This document shows positions 10,050 to 19,990 of a stretch of DNA of 64,000 bases, in pieces. The notes below the pieces were generated by a model. That model did not search any database and was not told the DNA's origin. It saw nothing but the letters and a program-made list of their open reading frames with translations. The DNA is from an uncultured Gammaproteobacteria bacterium (GTDB lineage: Bacteria; Pseudomonadota; Gammaproteobacteria; Tenderiales; Tenderiaceae): contig CBFCYE010000011.1 in the NCBI GenBank assembly GCA_965602225.1, positions 21,182 through 85,181 of the forward strand, read 5' to 3'. A program made the translations under genes and the position numbers. Position 1 is the stretch's first letter. Each line of letters starts with the position of its first letter.

Positions 10050-10125
10050 TCAGTTAAAGTTAGCGGCTATTTGCCCTAGTGGCTTTAAAGTTTCCTATTT
10101 AAACGCAATAAAAAGAGGCCTTGCC

Positions 10126-10815
10126 ATGTCAGATTTCAAGATCGCTCCATCGATTTTGTCGGCAGATTTTGCTCGATTGGGTGAAGAAGTTGATAACGTT
10201 TTAAAATCCGGTGCAGACATTGTTCATTTTGATGTAATGGATAACCATTACGTACCTAACCTGACAATTGGACCGCTGGTGTGTGAAGCGCTACGCAAGC
10301 ACGGTGTCACTGCTGATATCGATGTTCACTTGATGGTCAAGCCAGTTGATCGCATCATTCCTGATTTTGCCAAGGCTGGCGCGAGCTACATCACTTTCCA
10401 TCCTGAAGCTTCTGAGCACGTCGATCGCACGCTGCAGTTGATTAAGGCAGAAGGCTGTAAGGCTGGATTGGTATTTAACCCGGCAACTTCACTTAATGTT
10501 TTAAAGTACGTTATCGACAAGGTTGATATCGTGTTGTTGATGTCTGTTAACCCTGGTTTTGGTGGGCAGAGTTTTATTCCGGCGACATTAGATAAATTGC
10601 GTGAAGCGCGCAAGATTATCGACGAGTCTGGTCGTGATATTCGTCTTGAAATCGATGGTGGTGTAAAGGTTGATAACATTCGTGAAATCGCAGAAGCGGG
10701 TGCCGATATGTTTGTAGCCGGTTCCGCAGTGTTTGGCGCGGCTAAGGAAAGCGATCCTAGCAAATATGACAGCGTTATTGCGGCGATGCGTGAAGAGTTA
10801 GCTAAGGCGAAATAA
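10126..10815 (+). CDS. rpe: Ribulose-phosphate 3-epimerase
   Basis: [38 protein letters not shown]. Confidence 0.97.
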   Translation: MSDFKIAPSILSADFARLGEEVDNVLKSGADIVHFDVMDNHYVPNLTIGPLVCEALRKHGVTADIDVHLMVKPVDRIIPDFAKAGASYITFHPEASEHVDRTLQLIKAEGCKAGLVFNPATSLNVLKYVIDKVDIVLLMSVNPGFGGQSFIPATLDKLREARKIIDESGRDIRLEIDGGVKVDNIREIAEAGADMFVAGSAVFGAAKESDPSKYDSVIAAMREELAKAK

Positions 10816-10818
10816 GTA

Positions 10819-11487
10819 ATGAGTATCCGTAAACCAAAGTTAGTCCTGATTGATCTGGACGGCACGCTGGTAGATAGTGTGCCGGATTTGGCCTTTTGCA
10901 TCGATGAAATGATGAAGGCGCTGGGTAAGCCAGTCTGGGGCATAGATAAGGTACGTACCTGGGTGGGTAACGGTGTTGACCGCCTGGTCATGCGCGCCCT
11001 GACAGACACCTTGTGGGATGATCCATCTGAAGAGGCCTTTGCTGAAGCGCAGCCTATCTTTATGAAGCTGTATGCTGACAATACCAGCGGTCGTAGCCAT
11101 CTTTATGATGGTGTGGTTGAAGGACTGGATTACCTCAAGACTAGCGGCTTCAAAGTGGGTTGTGTTACCAACAAGGCTGAGGCATTTACAGTGCCGTTGC
11201 TAAAAGACATGGGTATCTTTGACAAGTTTGAAATTGTTGTTAGTGGTGACACCACGCCGAAGAAAAAGCCTGATCCTATGCCTTTGCTATATGCTGCAGA
11301 AAAGCTGGCTGAGTTGCCAGATGATTGCCTGATGATTGGTGATTCAATGCATGACGTTAAAGCTGCCCGCAATGCAGGTTTTCAGGTTGTCTGTGTACCC
11401 TATGGTTATAACCACGGTCACGACATTCGAGAAGCCGAGCCGGATCTGGTGATCGATTCGCTGGCAGAATTGAAAAACCTGTTTTAA
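10819..11487 (+). CDS. gph: Phosphoglycolate phosphatase (HAD)
   Basis: DLDGTLVDS, KKPDP, MIGDS motifs; rpe-gph-trpE synteny. Confidence 0.93.
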   Translation: MSIRKPKLVLIDLDGTLVDSVPDLAFCIDEMMKALGKPVWGIDKVRTWVGNGVDRLVMRALTDTLWDDPSEEAFAEAQPIFMKLYADNTSGRSHLYDGVVEGLDYLKTSGFKVGCVTNKAEAFTVPLLKDMGIFDKFEIVVSGDTTPKKKPDPMPLLYAAEKLAELPDDCLMIGDSMHDVKAARNAGFQVVCVPYGYNHGHDIREAEPDLVIDSLAELKNLF

Positions 11488-11495
11488 TTTTTTTA

Positions 11496-11573
11496 ATGAA
11501 TATTGCCCAACAAAAACAAACCATGATGAAGCCCGTAGGTAAACGATGGTAAAGCCACGTTTGCTTCGGGCTT
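11496..11573 (+). promoter_or_regulatory. Candidate trpE leader peptide (MNIAQQKQTMMKPVGKRW*, 11496-11552) overlapping a terminator-like hairpin (11529-11573)
   Basis: uORF ends Arg-Trp-stop; stem AAGCCCG..GTAAACG..TGG/CCA..CGTTTGC..CGGGCTT followed by a U-rich tract. Confidence 0.55.
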
Positions 11574-11598
11574 TGTTTGATTTTGTATTTGAAAGGTA

Positions 11599-13080
11599 GT
11601 GATGATGACACGTGAAGAATTCGATGCCCTTGCTGCCAAGGGCTATAACCGCATCCCAATGATGCGTGAGGTGCTGGCTGATCTTGATACGCCGCTAAGT
11701 ACCTATCTTAAATTGGCCAATGGCCCATATTCCTATCTGTTTGAATCTGTTGAAGGCGGTGAGAAATGGGGCCGTTATTCCATTATCGGCCTGCCATGCC
11801 GCACAGTTTTACGTGTCCGAGGTCATGAAATGACTGTCGAGCACGAAGGTAAAGTACTGGGCACGACCATCGCTGAAGACCCTCTGGCTGCCATCGAGGT
11901 CTTTCGTGAACAATTTAAAGTGCCGGATGTTGAAGGGCTGCCACGATTTACCGGTGGCCTGGTCGGCTATTTTGGTTACGACACCGTCCGCTATATCGAG
12001 CCGCGTCTTGATGGCAAGGCCAACAAGGATGAGTTGGATGTGCCAGATATCCTGCTGCTCGTATCCGATGAAGTCGTAGTGTTCGACAACCTGCTAGGCA
12101 GGCTCTATGTGGTTGTCCATGTCGATCCTGCAGTGGATGGTGCCTACAATCAGGGTCAGGCCCGTCTTGATGCTTTGGTTGAGCAGCTGCGTAATTCGCC
12201 TTTGCCTGCGCCAAGCAAAAAGCGCGGCCGCAAGGTGACTGAACGTGACTTTAGGTCTGGCTTTAAACGCGACAAATTTGAAGCAGCAGTCAATAAGATC
12301 AAGGATTACATTGTCGAAGGTGACTGCATGCAGGCAGTGCTATCACAACGCCTTTCTATTCCTTATAAGTCAGAACCGCTTGATCTATACCGTGCTCTAC
12401 GTAGCTTGAACCCTTCGCCGTATATGTTTTATCTCAATCTGGAAGGGTTTCACGTAGCCGGTTCATCGCCTGAGATTCTCGCCCGCCTGGAAGACGGTGA
12501 GGTGACCGTAAGGCCGATTGCCGGCACCCGGCCGCGTGGTAAAACGCCCGAAGAAGATAAAGCGTTTGAAGCGGATCTGCTGGCAGACCCGAAAGAGTTG
12601 GCTGAACATCTGATGTTGATAGACCTGGGCCGTAACGATGCTGGCCGTGTCGCTGAGACTGGGTCGGTCAAGGTCACTGAGAAGATGGTGGTTGAGCGTT
12701 ACTCCCATGTCATGCATATCGTCTCCAATGTCACCGGCAAATTAAAAGCGGGCTTGAACGCAATCGACGTGCTGCGAGCAACATTCCCAGCGGGCACGCT
12801 TTCCGGCGCGCCAAAGATTCGTGCCATGGAAATCATCGATGAGCTTGAGCCGGTCAAACGCGGTATCTACGGCGGCGCAGTGGGTTACATCGGCTGGAAC
12901 GGCGATATGGACACAGCTATCGCCATACGTACTGCGGTGATCAAAGATGGCAAGCTGCACATTCAGGCCGGTGCCGGGGTGGTGGCTGATTCAGTGCCCA
13001 GAAATGAATGGGATGAAACCATGAACAAGGGCCGCGCCATCTTCCGTGCTGTGGCCATGGCTGAGGCAGGCTTGAAGTAG
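11599..13080 (+). CDS. trpE: Anthranilate synthase component I
   Basis: [43 protein letters not shown]. Confidence 0.97.
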   Translation: MMMTREEFDALAAKGYNRIPMMREVLADLDTPLSTYLKLANGPYSYLFESVEGGEKWGRYSIIGLPCRTVLRVRGHEMTVEHEGKVLGTTIAEDPLAAIEVFREQFKVPDVEGLPRFTGGLVGYFGYDTVRYIEPRLDGKANKDELDVPDILLLVSDEVVVFDNLLGRLYVVVHVDPAVDGAYNQGQARLDALVEQLRNSPLPAPSKKRGRKVTERDFRSGFKRDKFEAAVNKIKDYIVEGDCMQAVLSQRLSIPYKSEPLDLYRALRSLNPSPYMFYLNLEGFHVAGSSPEILARLEDGEVTVRPIAGTRPRGKTPEEDKAFEADLLADPKELAEHLMLIDLGRNDAGRVAETGSVKVTEKMVVERYSHVMHIVSNVTGKLKAGLNAIDVLRATFPAGTLSGAPKIRAMEIIDELEPVKRGIYGGAVGYIGWNGDMDTAIAIRTAVIKDGKLHIQAGAGVVADSVPRNEWDETMNKGRAIFRAVAMAEAGLK

Positions 13081-13159
13081 TTTTTCTGTTTTGTCGTATG
13101 AGTGTGGTGTGTCTGGGTCGTAGCGGCTTGAAAATACGACTAAGTCACAAGTAAAAATT

Positions 13160-13193
13160 AAGGGCGGGTATTCTTTGGGATGCCTGCTTTTTT
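13160..13193 (+). terminator. Intrinsic terminator after trpE
   Basis: GGGCGGGTATTC-TTTG-GGATGCCTGC followed by T6. Confidence 0.65.
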
Positions 13194-13453
13194 ATTGCTT
13201 GTTACTGGGTGTTCGCCCGTAAAGTAGGTGCCTGCTATCTGTGCCCATTGGCTGTGGTTATGCCTTGCTTAGAATCAACATCAAAGTCATATGTAAACTT
13301 GTTTTTCATTGGCCTGAATTCGCCAGCGTGTTACGTAGTGTGTCTTTAATTGAGTTGGCATCACAGCCTTTGCCCAAAGCCAGATTTCTCGCTACTATCA
13401 GCTATTAAGCGTTACTTTATATATAACCTTAGGTTAAGGTTTAAGCGCAACGA

Positions 13454-14389
13454 ATGAAATTCATGGTGGCTATGACAAAGTTAATATTAAAGACGGTCTT
13501 CGGTGTTGTCGCTCTGGTGTCATTTGCCGGTTGTTCTGTTTGGGGGGAAAAGGTTGAGACTGAAGTGAAGGCTGCGTCAGCGCGAGGTGAACTTTGTGCC
13601 GCCGAGCTGGGAGCACCTTTCTCATACCGAAAAAAGGTGGCGGTGTTGGCCGCTGATGTCCGTAATCTGCAGGATGCCACTGATTTAGCCTCGCTTGATG
13701 TGGCCTGGTCCGAGGCCTTGCAGCAGCGCTTTAGTGATAGTGGTCGTCTGCTGGTAGTGAATGCTAGCGATCAACATCTTTATGCCGGTGAGCGCCAGCG
13801 TGACTGGATCATCGCTCTGGCCCAGCGGCTTGATGTTCAATTTGTCATCGTAACGCGCTTCAATAATCTGCATGTCAGCCGCAGCCAGATTGGTTCTGGC
13901 GAATATGCCATCAAATGGCCGTGGGCACAGCGTCAGATTGATGCCGAATTGTTGATTTTTGATGGCTATAGCGGCGCTCAAATGGCGAAGTTTTCTCATA
14001 GTGCCAATGCTAAAGGGATGGAGCAGGACGTGGTTAACCTGGGTCGCCAGCCGGTGTTGCAGGGTGGGTTTTTAACTTCAGCGTTGGGTAAGGCGATGAC
14101 GTTTGTGTTGGCCGCCCAGGCTGAAGCTGGTGTGACTCAGCTGGCGTGTCTGCCGCTGGTGGCGAGTGTCGCCAAGGTTACAGGCGGTGATATCCACATA
14201 AAAATGCCTGGCGCCGTCAGGGTTCATCCTGGCGATAACTTGCAGCTGTTTCGACGTTCTGGTGAGGTTGATACTCATCTGGGTTCAGTTGAGATTGTTC
14301 GGGTCTTTCCTGAGTCCGTTGTTGCTGTTTACCGTGGCGAGGGAGGGACTCCACGTTTTAGTCCGGGAATGTTTGTCAGGGCGTGGTAA
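13454..14389 (+). CDS. Lipoprotein with FlgT-like middle and C-terminal domains
   Basis: FAGC lipobox; CsgG/TolB-N-like alpha/beta core; LACLPLVASVAKV..GD.L.LF C-terminal pattern typical of FlgT_C. Confidence 0.6.
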   Translation: MKFMVAMTKLILKTVFGVVALVSFAGCSVWGEKVETEVKAASARGELCAAELGAPFSYRKKVAVLAADVRNLQDATDLASLDVAWSEALQQRFSDSGRLLVVNASDQHLYAGERQRDWIIALAQRLDVQFVIVTRFNNLHVSRSQIGSGEYAIKWPWAQRQIDAELLIFDGYSGAQMAKFSHSANAKGMEQDVVNLGRQPVLQGGFLTSALGKAMTFVLAAQAEAGVTQLACLPLVASVAKVTGGDIHIKMPGAVRVHPGDNLQLFRRSGEVDTHLGSVEIVRVFPESVVAVYRGEGGTPRFSPGMFVRAW

Positions 14390-14485
14390 GAATATGGTTT
14401 ATGGGCAGGTGTGCTGCAAGTGGTGTTGAGTGGCTAGCCACTTTGTGTCTGACATATATAGAGTAAATGTTGAAGAGGGTAAAAT

Positions 14486-15355
14486 ATGCGTTGTAGTTCA
14501 TTAATTAATTGTTTGTATGGCAGGGCTGGTCGGATGCTGGCCGTGATTGCTGTCGCGGTGATGCTGCCGGTAATGTCGGTGCAAGCGGACGCAATTATTA
14601 GTCCAGTTCGCGTTATGCTTGATGACAAAACGAAAAAGGCCACTGTTATTCTTCATAACCCGAGTGAGGGGTCGCGTACCTATCGCCTGGAGTGGGTGGA
14701 AAATCGTATGGATGAAGAGGGTGCTCAGACAGCTTATATGGAAGGCGAACAGCTGCAGCATGCGCCAGCGAGTCCGTATTTGCGCTTCTCTCCACGCCGG
14801 ATCACGGTTCAACCCAAGGTTAGTCAGACGGTGCGTATCGACTTTCGCCCGCCGGCAGATATGACACCAGGCGAATACCGCTCCCATCTGAAGTTCACTG
14901 TGGATGCAGATGAATCGGAGCCTGTGAGTGTTTCAGATATAGGCAACGAAAAAGGTATGAAAATACAGCTGGCTATGCAGTTGTCGGTCTCTATCCCGGT
15001 TATTGTTCGCCACCAGCCGGTTGAACCGCCAGAGGTGAAGCTGGCCAGTATTGAGATAATTCCGCCTGCCGCCCCGGGTGAAATGGTGAAAATGGCGGTA
15101 TTGTTGCAGCGCAGTGGCGCAACCAGCAGTTATGGTCGGCTGATAGTCGAGATGCAGCGTGGGGCTGGCTCCCCGGTTGAACGGATAGCAGAGATGTCGG
15201 GCGTTAATGTGTATGCGGAGTCGAAACAGCGGCAGTTGGTGTTGAATCTGAAAGATGCGAAGCTCCCTGCTGGTGCATGGCTGCGGGTCGCCTATGTGGG
15301 TATGGCAGAGTATGAAGGCCAAATCTTTGCGGAGCAAACGCTGCAGCTTCGTTAA
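14486..15355 (+). CDS. Fimbrial periplasmic chaperone (PapD-like N domain)
   Basis: Signal peptide; ISPVRVML, RFSPRRITV..SQTVRI, GEYRSHLKF, SIPVIVR motifs. Confidence 0.8.
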   Translation: MRCSSLINCLYGRAGRMLAVIAVAVMLPVMSVQADAIISPVRVMLDDKTKKATVILHNPSEGSRTYRLEWVENRMDEEGAQTAYMEGEQLQHAPASPYLRFSPRRITVQPKVSQTVRIDFRPPADMTPGEYRSHLKFTVDADESEPVSVSDIGNEKGMKIQLAMQLSVSIPVIVRHQPVEPPEVKLASIEIIPPAAPGEMVKMAVLLQRSGATSSYGRLIVEMQRGAGSPVERIAEMSGVNVYAESKQRQLVLNLKDAKLPAGAWLRVAYVGMAEYEGQIFAEQTLQLR

Positions 15356-15559
15356 ACGCAGAGTAATCTATGGTGTTATTAGAACGGTCTGGCGAGTGCA
15401 AAATAATGTCTTGCAAGTCTGGCTTATCTGTAGAGGGAAAAATATTTAACGGTAGGGCTAAAGGTTTTTTGTGGGGGGGCGATATCTTCTGTGGGAGCGG
15501 TGAATTCACAGGGTTGAATATCCGCTAATTACAAAAGAAAAAAGCTTGGAGTTAATATT

Positions 15560-16213
15560 ATGAAAATGAATACTATTTCAAAAGGTCTGTTGGGTCTTGC
15601 TGCATTGGGTATGAGTGGTTCAGCCATGGCTGTCTCTGTTAATGTGAATGGTACGGTACAAAGCACACTGGCCGTTGTCAAAGTCTTGGACGTGGAACTG
15701 GGTACCGTTTTTGCCACCGCTTCAAGTACTGGGTTCTATCGTTATATGACCTTGTCTACAGCGGGTGCTTTTAGTGCCTCTTTGGGTAGTGCCAGCACAA
15801 GTCTGTTGAGCCTGGGCGGCCAGGCTGCAGGTGAGGCGCAGGTGAATGCCCTGACCACGGCACCGTTCACTGTTACCTTGCCTAGCGCGGAGGCTACTCT
15901 GAGCCCGGCTGGTGCGGCTGCTTTGCCTGCGACTACTGAAACTATTAGTGTTGCCCATCTGACAGATGGTGCTGCTGGTTCTGGATCATTCAGGCTGGTG
16001 AATTTTCGTGCCGGATCCCCAACTAACGGCACTGCCGCTGCTGGCTGTGCAACGGGCATTACTTGTGTGATTACACCAACAGCGGTCGGTAATGTAAACT
16101 TTAAGATAGGCGCGGACGTAGCAACTGAGACTACCGGTATTACTGCTGCTACCAACGATTCCTATTCAGATGGTGCATATCTGGGTAGCTTCACGGTTAC
16201 TGCTACATACTAA
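15560..16213 (+). CDS. DUF4402-type secreted beta-sandwich protein, probable major pilin
   Basis: Signal peptide (AMA), Ala/Thr/Gly-rich, CxxxxxC loop, C-terminal DGAYLGSFTVTATY motif typical of chaperone-usher subunits. Confidence 0.7.
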   Translation: MKMNTISKGLLGLAALGMSGSAMAVSVNVNGTVQSTLAVVKVLDVELGTVFATASSTGFYRYMTLSTAGAFSASLGSASTSLLSLGGQAAGEAQVNALTTAPFTVTLPSAEATLSPAGAAALPATTETISVAHLTDGAAGSGSFRLVNFRAGSPTNGTAAAGCATGITCVITPTAVGNVNFKIGADVATETTGITAATNDSYSDGAYLGSFTVTATY

Positions 16214-16261
16214 AGGTGTAGTCCCCTAGGGTATATAGGGGGGTTATTGAGAGAAATACGA

Positions 16262-16293
16262 GCGGCGGAGACCTTTAAGGTCTCCGCCGTTTT
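16262..16293 (+). terminator. Intrinsic terminator after the major subunit gene
   Basis: GCGGCGGAGACC-TTTA-AGGTCTCCGCCGT followed by TTT. Confidence 0.75.
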
Positions 16294-16370
16294 GTTATAG
16301 TGGGGATTGAATTTTGTATCAGAGATCAAGGATTGATTGTTTGATTGCATATCGTTGGGGGGTGAGCTAA

Positions 16371-17378
16371 GTGCTTAAGTGGATTCAGGCCTGCATGAAC
16401 CTGGGGTATGGCCCTGGTTATTGGTCACGGAGGGTTGTCCTGCTGGCACTGTGCTGTGCCACGTCTGGTGTGATGGCGGCTCCCGCCGTCGTTGCTCAGG
16501 TACCACTTGATTTTGGGTTGTTGGCGCTCAGGTCAAATGCTGCGGTTTGGAGCTTGATTGTCGCTAGCAACGGCACGGTAACACCCACTAGTAGTAATGT
16601 GATCCCAATGGGTGGTGCGGTGCGAGGTGAATACCTGTTGAGCGGTTTTCCGCCGAATACATCATTGACGCTTGAGTGGGACGATGCGTCGATGGGCCTT
16701 GCCAGTCAAGGTCTGCCTGAATATCTGACAGTAAAAAATTACTCAACGCCAGCCTTGTCCACAGACGCCTTAGGGGAAGCGACAGTGTATTTAGGGGCGA
16801 CAATGGAAACCAGTGGCAACAGTACAATGTATGCCGATGGCCCCTACGGCGCCACTATCCAGATGAGAGTTATCTATTGGTCGGACGAAATCAGTCAATT
16901 TGTGACCCATACCCATGCTGCTACCTTCGGTGCGACTGTGCAGTCGGTGATCAGTGTTGCTCAGCAAGAGGAGTTGTCGTTTGGCTTGGTGGCTGCTGGC
17001 TCAGACCCGGTGTTAAAGGCCTCCATGACACTAAACCCGAACGGTAGCACAAGCGAGACTCCTGCCGGCAGTGCGCGTATTAGATATTTGGGTAATGGCC
17101 AGCCTGCGGTGATACAGGTGACGGGGGCGGCCCCAAATACGCTTATTAATATTACGCCCGATCCGGGCACGACGTTGCTGACGCATACGGTTCATGGCGT
17201 TGGGGTCCCTCAATTTACGGTCAAAGACCTTGTCACCTCCCCTGGTCCCACGGGGACTACCGATGGAGTCGGTAGCTTGCAGATTAATGTTGGGGCGACT
17301 CTGGAAACCCAAGCGACGGCGACGGCGTATTCAGACGGAACTTATGCCGGCGCCCATACCGTAACGGTTACTTACTGA
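16371..17378 (+). CDS. Tandem two-domain DUF4402-type protein, probable minor or tip subunit
   Basis: Two repeats, each starting with L(D/S)FG and ending with DG.Y.(A/G)....V.Y (ADGPYGATIQMRVIY; SDGTYAGAHTVTVTY). Confidence 0.65.
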   Translation: MLKWIQACMNLGYGPGYWSRRVVLLALCCATSGVMAAPAVVAQVPLDFGLLALRSNAAVWSLIVASNGTVTPTSSNVIPMGGAVRGEYLLSGFPPNTSLTLEWDDASMGLASQGLPEYLTVKNYSTPALSTDALGEATVYLGATMETSGNSTMYADGPYGATIQMRVIYWSDEISQFVTHTHAATFGATVQSVISVAQQEELSFGLVAAGSDPVLKASMTLNPNGSTSETPAGSARIRYLGNGQPAVIQVTGAAPNTLINITPDPGTTLLTHTVHGVGVPQFTVKDLVTSPGPTGTTDGVGSLQINVGATLETQATATAYSDGTYAGAHTVTVTY

Positions 17379-17429
17379 GTGTTGTTGTGCTTGATTGCCA
17401 TTAATGGGTAGGCGGGAAAAGTAGCTGTC

Positions 17430-19397
17430 ATGGATGAATCATTGGTTAATCATGAGCGCGCCAGCGCTGCCCGGAATGAAACTTTTGCCTCTGTAGTTAC
17501 CGCGATGTTGTTTGTTTCGGCTGTAGCCGCGGCCCTGTTTTTCAATGGCATGCATGGAGAGTATTTCTCATTGGCGATGAGTCTGTTGCTGGTGTGGGTG
17601 GCTGTTCAGAGTTGGCGAGGCATTTCGATTGGGCGGGTGCTGCCGGGCGGACGTTTATTGTTACTGCTGGCACTCTATGTCAGTTGGTTGCTACTTACCT
17701 TGTTGTGGAATCCCATTCCCTATCTCGGCGCCACCACATTTTGGATGTTGGCGACACCGCTGTTGGTGGTGTTTGCTTGGTATTTCACTCCTGTGCCAGA
17801 GCTACTGTGGCGCTATACCTGGCCGCTGTTGTTGTTGCTTGGCGTCGGACTAATAGTCTTTGCTCTGTATCAGTATTACTGGTTGGCTGAGGCACCACAC
17901 GGCACATTTATAAATAAAAATTCTCTGGCGGCGATGCTTGGTCTGCTGATGTTTATTGCTGTGAGTCGGGTTATGTTGTTATCAAAGCGACATAGGTCGC
18001 TGCTTGTTTCTTTGCTGACGGTGATTTTCTTTGTCGCTCTGCTGATTGGCCTGGTCGGTAGTCGAGGGGTGTTGCTTGGGCTGGTGTGTGGCATGTTGGT
18101 TCTGGTTGGTTGGGGGGGGTATCAACGAGAGGCTAGAGGGAAGGTTTGGCTTAGTGTTGCTGTAATCGTTGTAGGCATTGCTGTTTCTAATCTGCCATTT
18201 GTTAATGTGCAAAAGAATCTGCTTTCGGATCGTGTAGGGGCATTATCTGATCCTTATGCTGCGGGGAGTGGGCATGAGCGCTTCCTGATCTGGGGGCAGT
18301 CGCTGAAAATGGTTGAGGAAAAATCGCTGACGGGTTATGGCCTGGGCACCTACTGGCAGCACTGGCCGCAGTGGCGTGATCCTGCCGATAGAACATCCGG
18401 TTTTTGGGCCCATAACGATTTTCTGCATCTCTGGGTCGAAGCAGGTTTGCCCGCAGTGATGTTGTTGTTGTTTGTTCATGTCGCGTTGTTGTTGTCGTTG
18501 TGGCGGATTTTGCGTAGTGCTGATGTAGAGCCTGAGCGTAAGGCGGAGCTAGTCGCATTGTTTGCCGGTTTGTTGGCAGTTGCTGTGCATGCCCAGTTCA
18601 CCTTTAATTTTTACACCTTGCCTATCTTGCTGGTGCTGTCATTGATGATGGCGAGGATTGCTCGGGTTGAACGGGATGCTTGTGCGATAGAAGGCAGGGT
18701 CTCTCCCGCTTGGTTGCGGTCGTTAATTCCTTTGTTGGCTCTGTTGCCAGTATTGTATTTTTTCATGGTTGGTACGAGTCTCTTTATTTTTGAGCAGGCC
18801 GTGGCCAAAATGCGTCAAGGGGATCTGCCGGGGGCCGAGCAAGGCTTTGTTCGGGCGCAGCAGCTATGGGGGGCGTCGGATATGTTTTTCTATACCCATG
18901 CCTTGCTCAAAGAGCAGCAATTGACTGCGATTCCTGTGGCGGAGGTTGAGCCTAGAAAAATAATTTTTGCAGATGGGATGCAGTTGCTTGATCGGGCTAT
19001 GGAAAATAATCCTATGCGTCCGATGGTGTATTTTTTTCGTGGGCGGTTGCGGGTACAGGCGGCGGAGTTAGGGGGTGAGGACTGGCTGGTGCATGCTGAG
19101 GCTGATTTTAAACAGGCATTGGTGTATGAGCCGCGTTATCTTGAGGCGCGTTTGACTTTGGCTAGAATTCTGGAAGTTACCGATAGGTTGGCTGAGGCGG
19201 ATGTTTTGCTTGAGGAGGGGATGCTACAGGTTTACGTCGGCGGTGGCCCTAACCTCTTGACCTATTATCAAATGGTGGCGGTTGCACGGCAACGCTCCGG
19301 GGATATGAATGGTGCTGCCGAAGTGGTTGAGCGTTATAACGCTATAGTGAAAAGCCTGCTTGAGGTGCAGCGTCTCGAACAGACTGCTAAGCAATAA
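17430..19397 (+). CDS. O-antigen-ligase (Wzy_C) family protein with C-terminal TPR region, probable protein O-oligosaccharyltransferase
   Basis: About 12 TM helices, GTFINKN, SRGVLLG, ER..IW, GYGLGTY and AHNDFLHLWVEAG motifs; TPR-like tail. Confidence 0.75.
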   Translation: MDESLVNHERASAARNETFASVVTAMLFVSAVAAALFFNGMHGEYFSLAMSLLLVWVAVQSWRGISIGRVLPGGRLLLLLALYVSWLLLTLLWNPIPYLGATTFWMLATPLLVVFAWYFTPVPELLWRYTWPLLLLLGVGLIVFALYQYYWLAEAPHGTFINKNSLAAMLGLLMFIAVSRVMLLSKRHRSLLVSLLTVIFFVALLIGLVGSRGVLLGLVCGMLVLVGWGGYQREARGKVWLSVAVIVVGIAVSNLPFVNVQKNLLSDRVGALSDPYAAGSGHERFLIWGQSLKMVEEKSLTGYGLGTYWQHWPQWRDPADRTSGFWAHNDFLHLWVEAGLPAVMLLLFVHVALLLSLWRILRSADVEPERKAELVALFAGLLAVAVHAQFTFNFYTLPILLVLSLMMARIARVERDACAIEGRVSPAWLRSLIPLLALLPVLYFFMVGTSLFIFEQAVAKMRQGDLPGAEQGFVRAQQLWGASDMFFYTHALLKEQQLTAIPVAEVEPRKIIFADGMQLLDRAMENNPMRPMVYFFRGRLRVQAAELGGEDWLVHAEADFKQALVYEPRYLEARLTLARILEVTDRLAEADVLLEEGMLQVYVGGGPNLLTYYQMVAVARQRSGDMNGAAEVVERYNAIVKSLLEVQRLEQTAKQ

Positions 19398-19412
19398 AAT
19401 AGATTTAGCTTT

Positions 19413-19898
19413 TTAACTGGACTGACGGTAATAACACAGCGTTTGTAATATAGGGTCGATGGCATTCCCTGTATTGCCACTACAGTAGGCGGAAATTTTC
19501 TGTGTCGCTGATGGCTGCGCAGTGCTTGTGTAGACGGTGCCGGTTTGTCCCAGAGTCATTGGTTGTGCCGGGTTGAAGGCAAATGATGTTTTGGTGGGGC
19601 TGCTAGGGATTATGCTGCGCTGAGCCTGGCTGAGTTGTGTTAGCTCCTGCTTCTCAGGGCTTTCAAACATTGACTGCTTGCCGACAAAGAAGCCAATGAC
19701 GCTACCGGCGAGAGTGCCTACAGGGTGTGCGGTAAGCGCGCCACCGAGGATTGTTCCTGTTAATGAGCCGACCCGACTTGGGTCAGATAGAAATTCTTTG
19801 GTATTCTGCTCAGCATGTGCCTGTGATGCGACGCCTGCCAAACAGAATGTAATGGCTACCAATTGATTTTTATATGTTTTTTTTGAATGATTCTTCAT
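19413..19898 (-). CDS. Secreted glycine-zipper protein
   Basis: Signal peptide (AHA); GSLTGTILGGALT..GTLAGSVIGFFVG; C-terminal Cys pair. Confidence 0.55.
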   Translation of the reverse strand: MKNHSKKTYKNQLVAITFCLAGVASQAHAEQNTKEFLSDPSRVGSLTGTILGGALTAHPVGTLAGSVIGFFVGKQSMFESPEKQELTQLSQAQRSIIPSSPTKTSFAFNPAQPMTLGQTGTVYTSTAQPSATQKISAYCSGNTGNAIDPILQTLCYYRQSS

Positions 19899-19990
19899 GC
19901 TAGTCCCCGTGTTTTCCCTATGATGTCCTTATTTACACGCCCGGAATATCTTACCCCTTAGCTCTATTAGCGGCTTCCAGGGTGCTAACT

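Noticed and set aside
13354-13374. sigma54 promoter (TTGGCA...TTGC)
   Set aside because: GG-to-GC spacing is 13 nt, not the required 10
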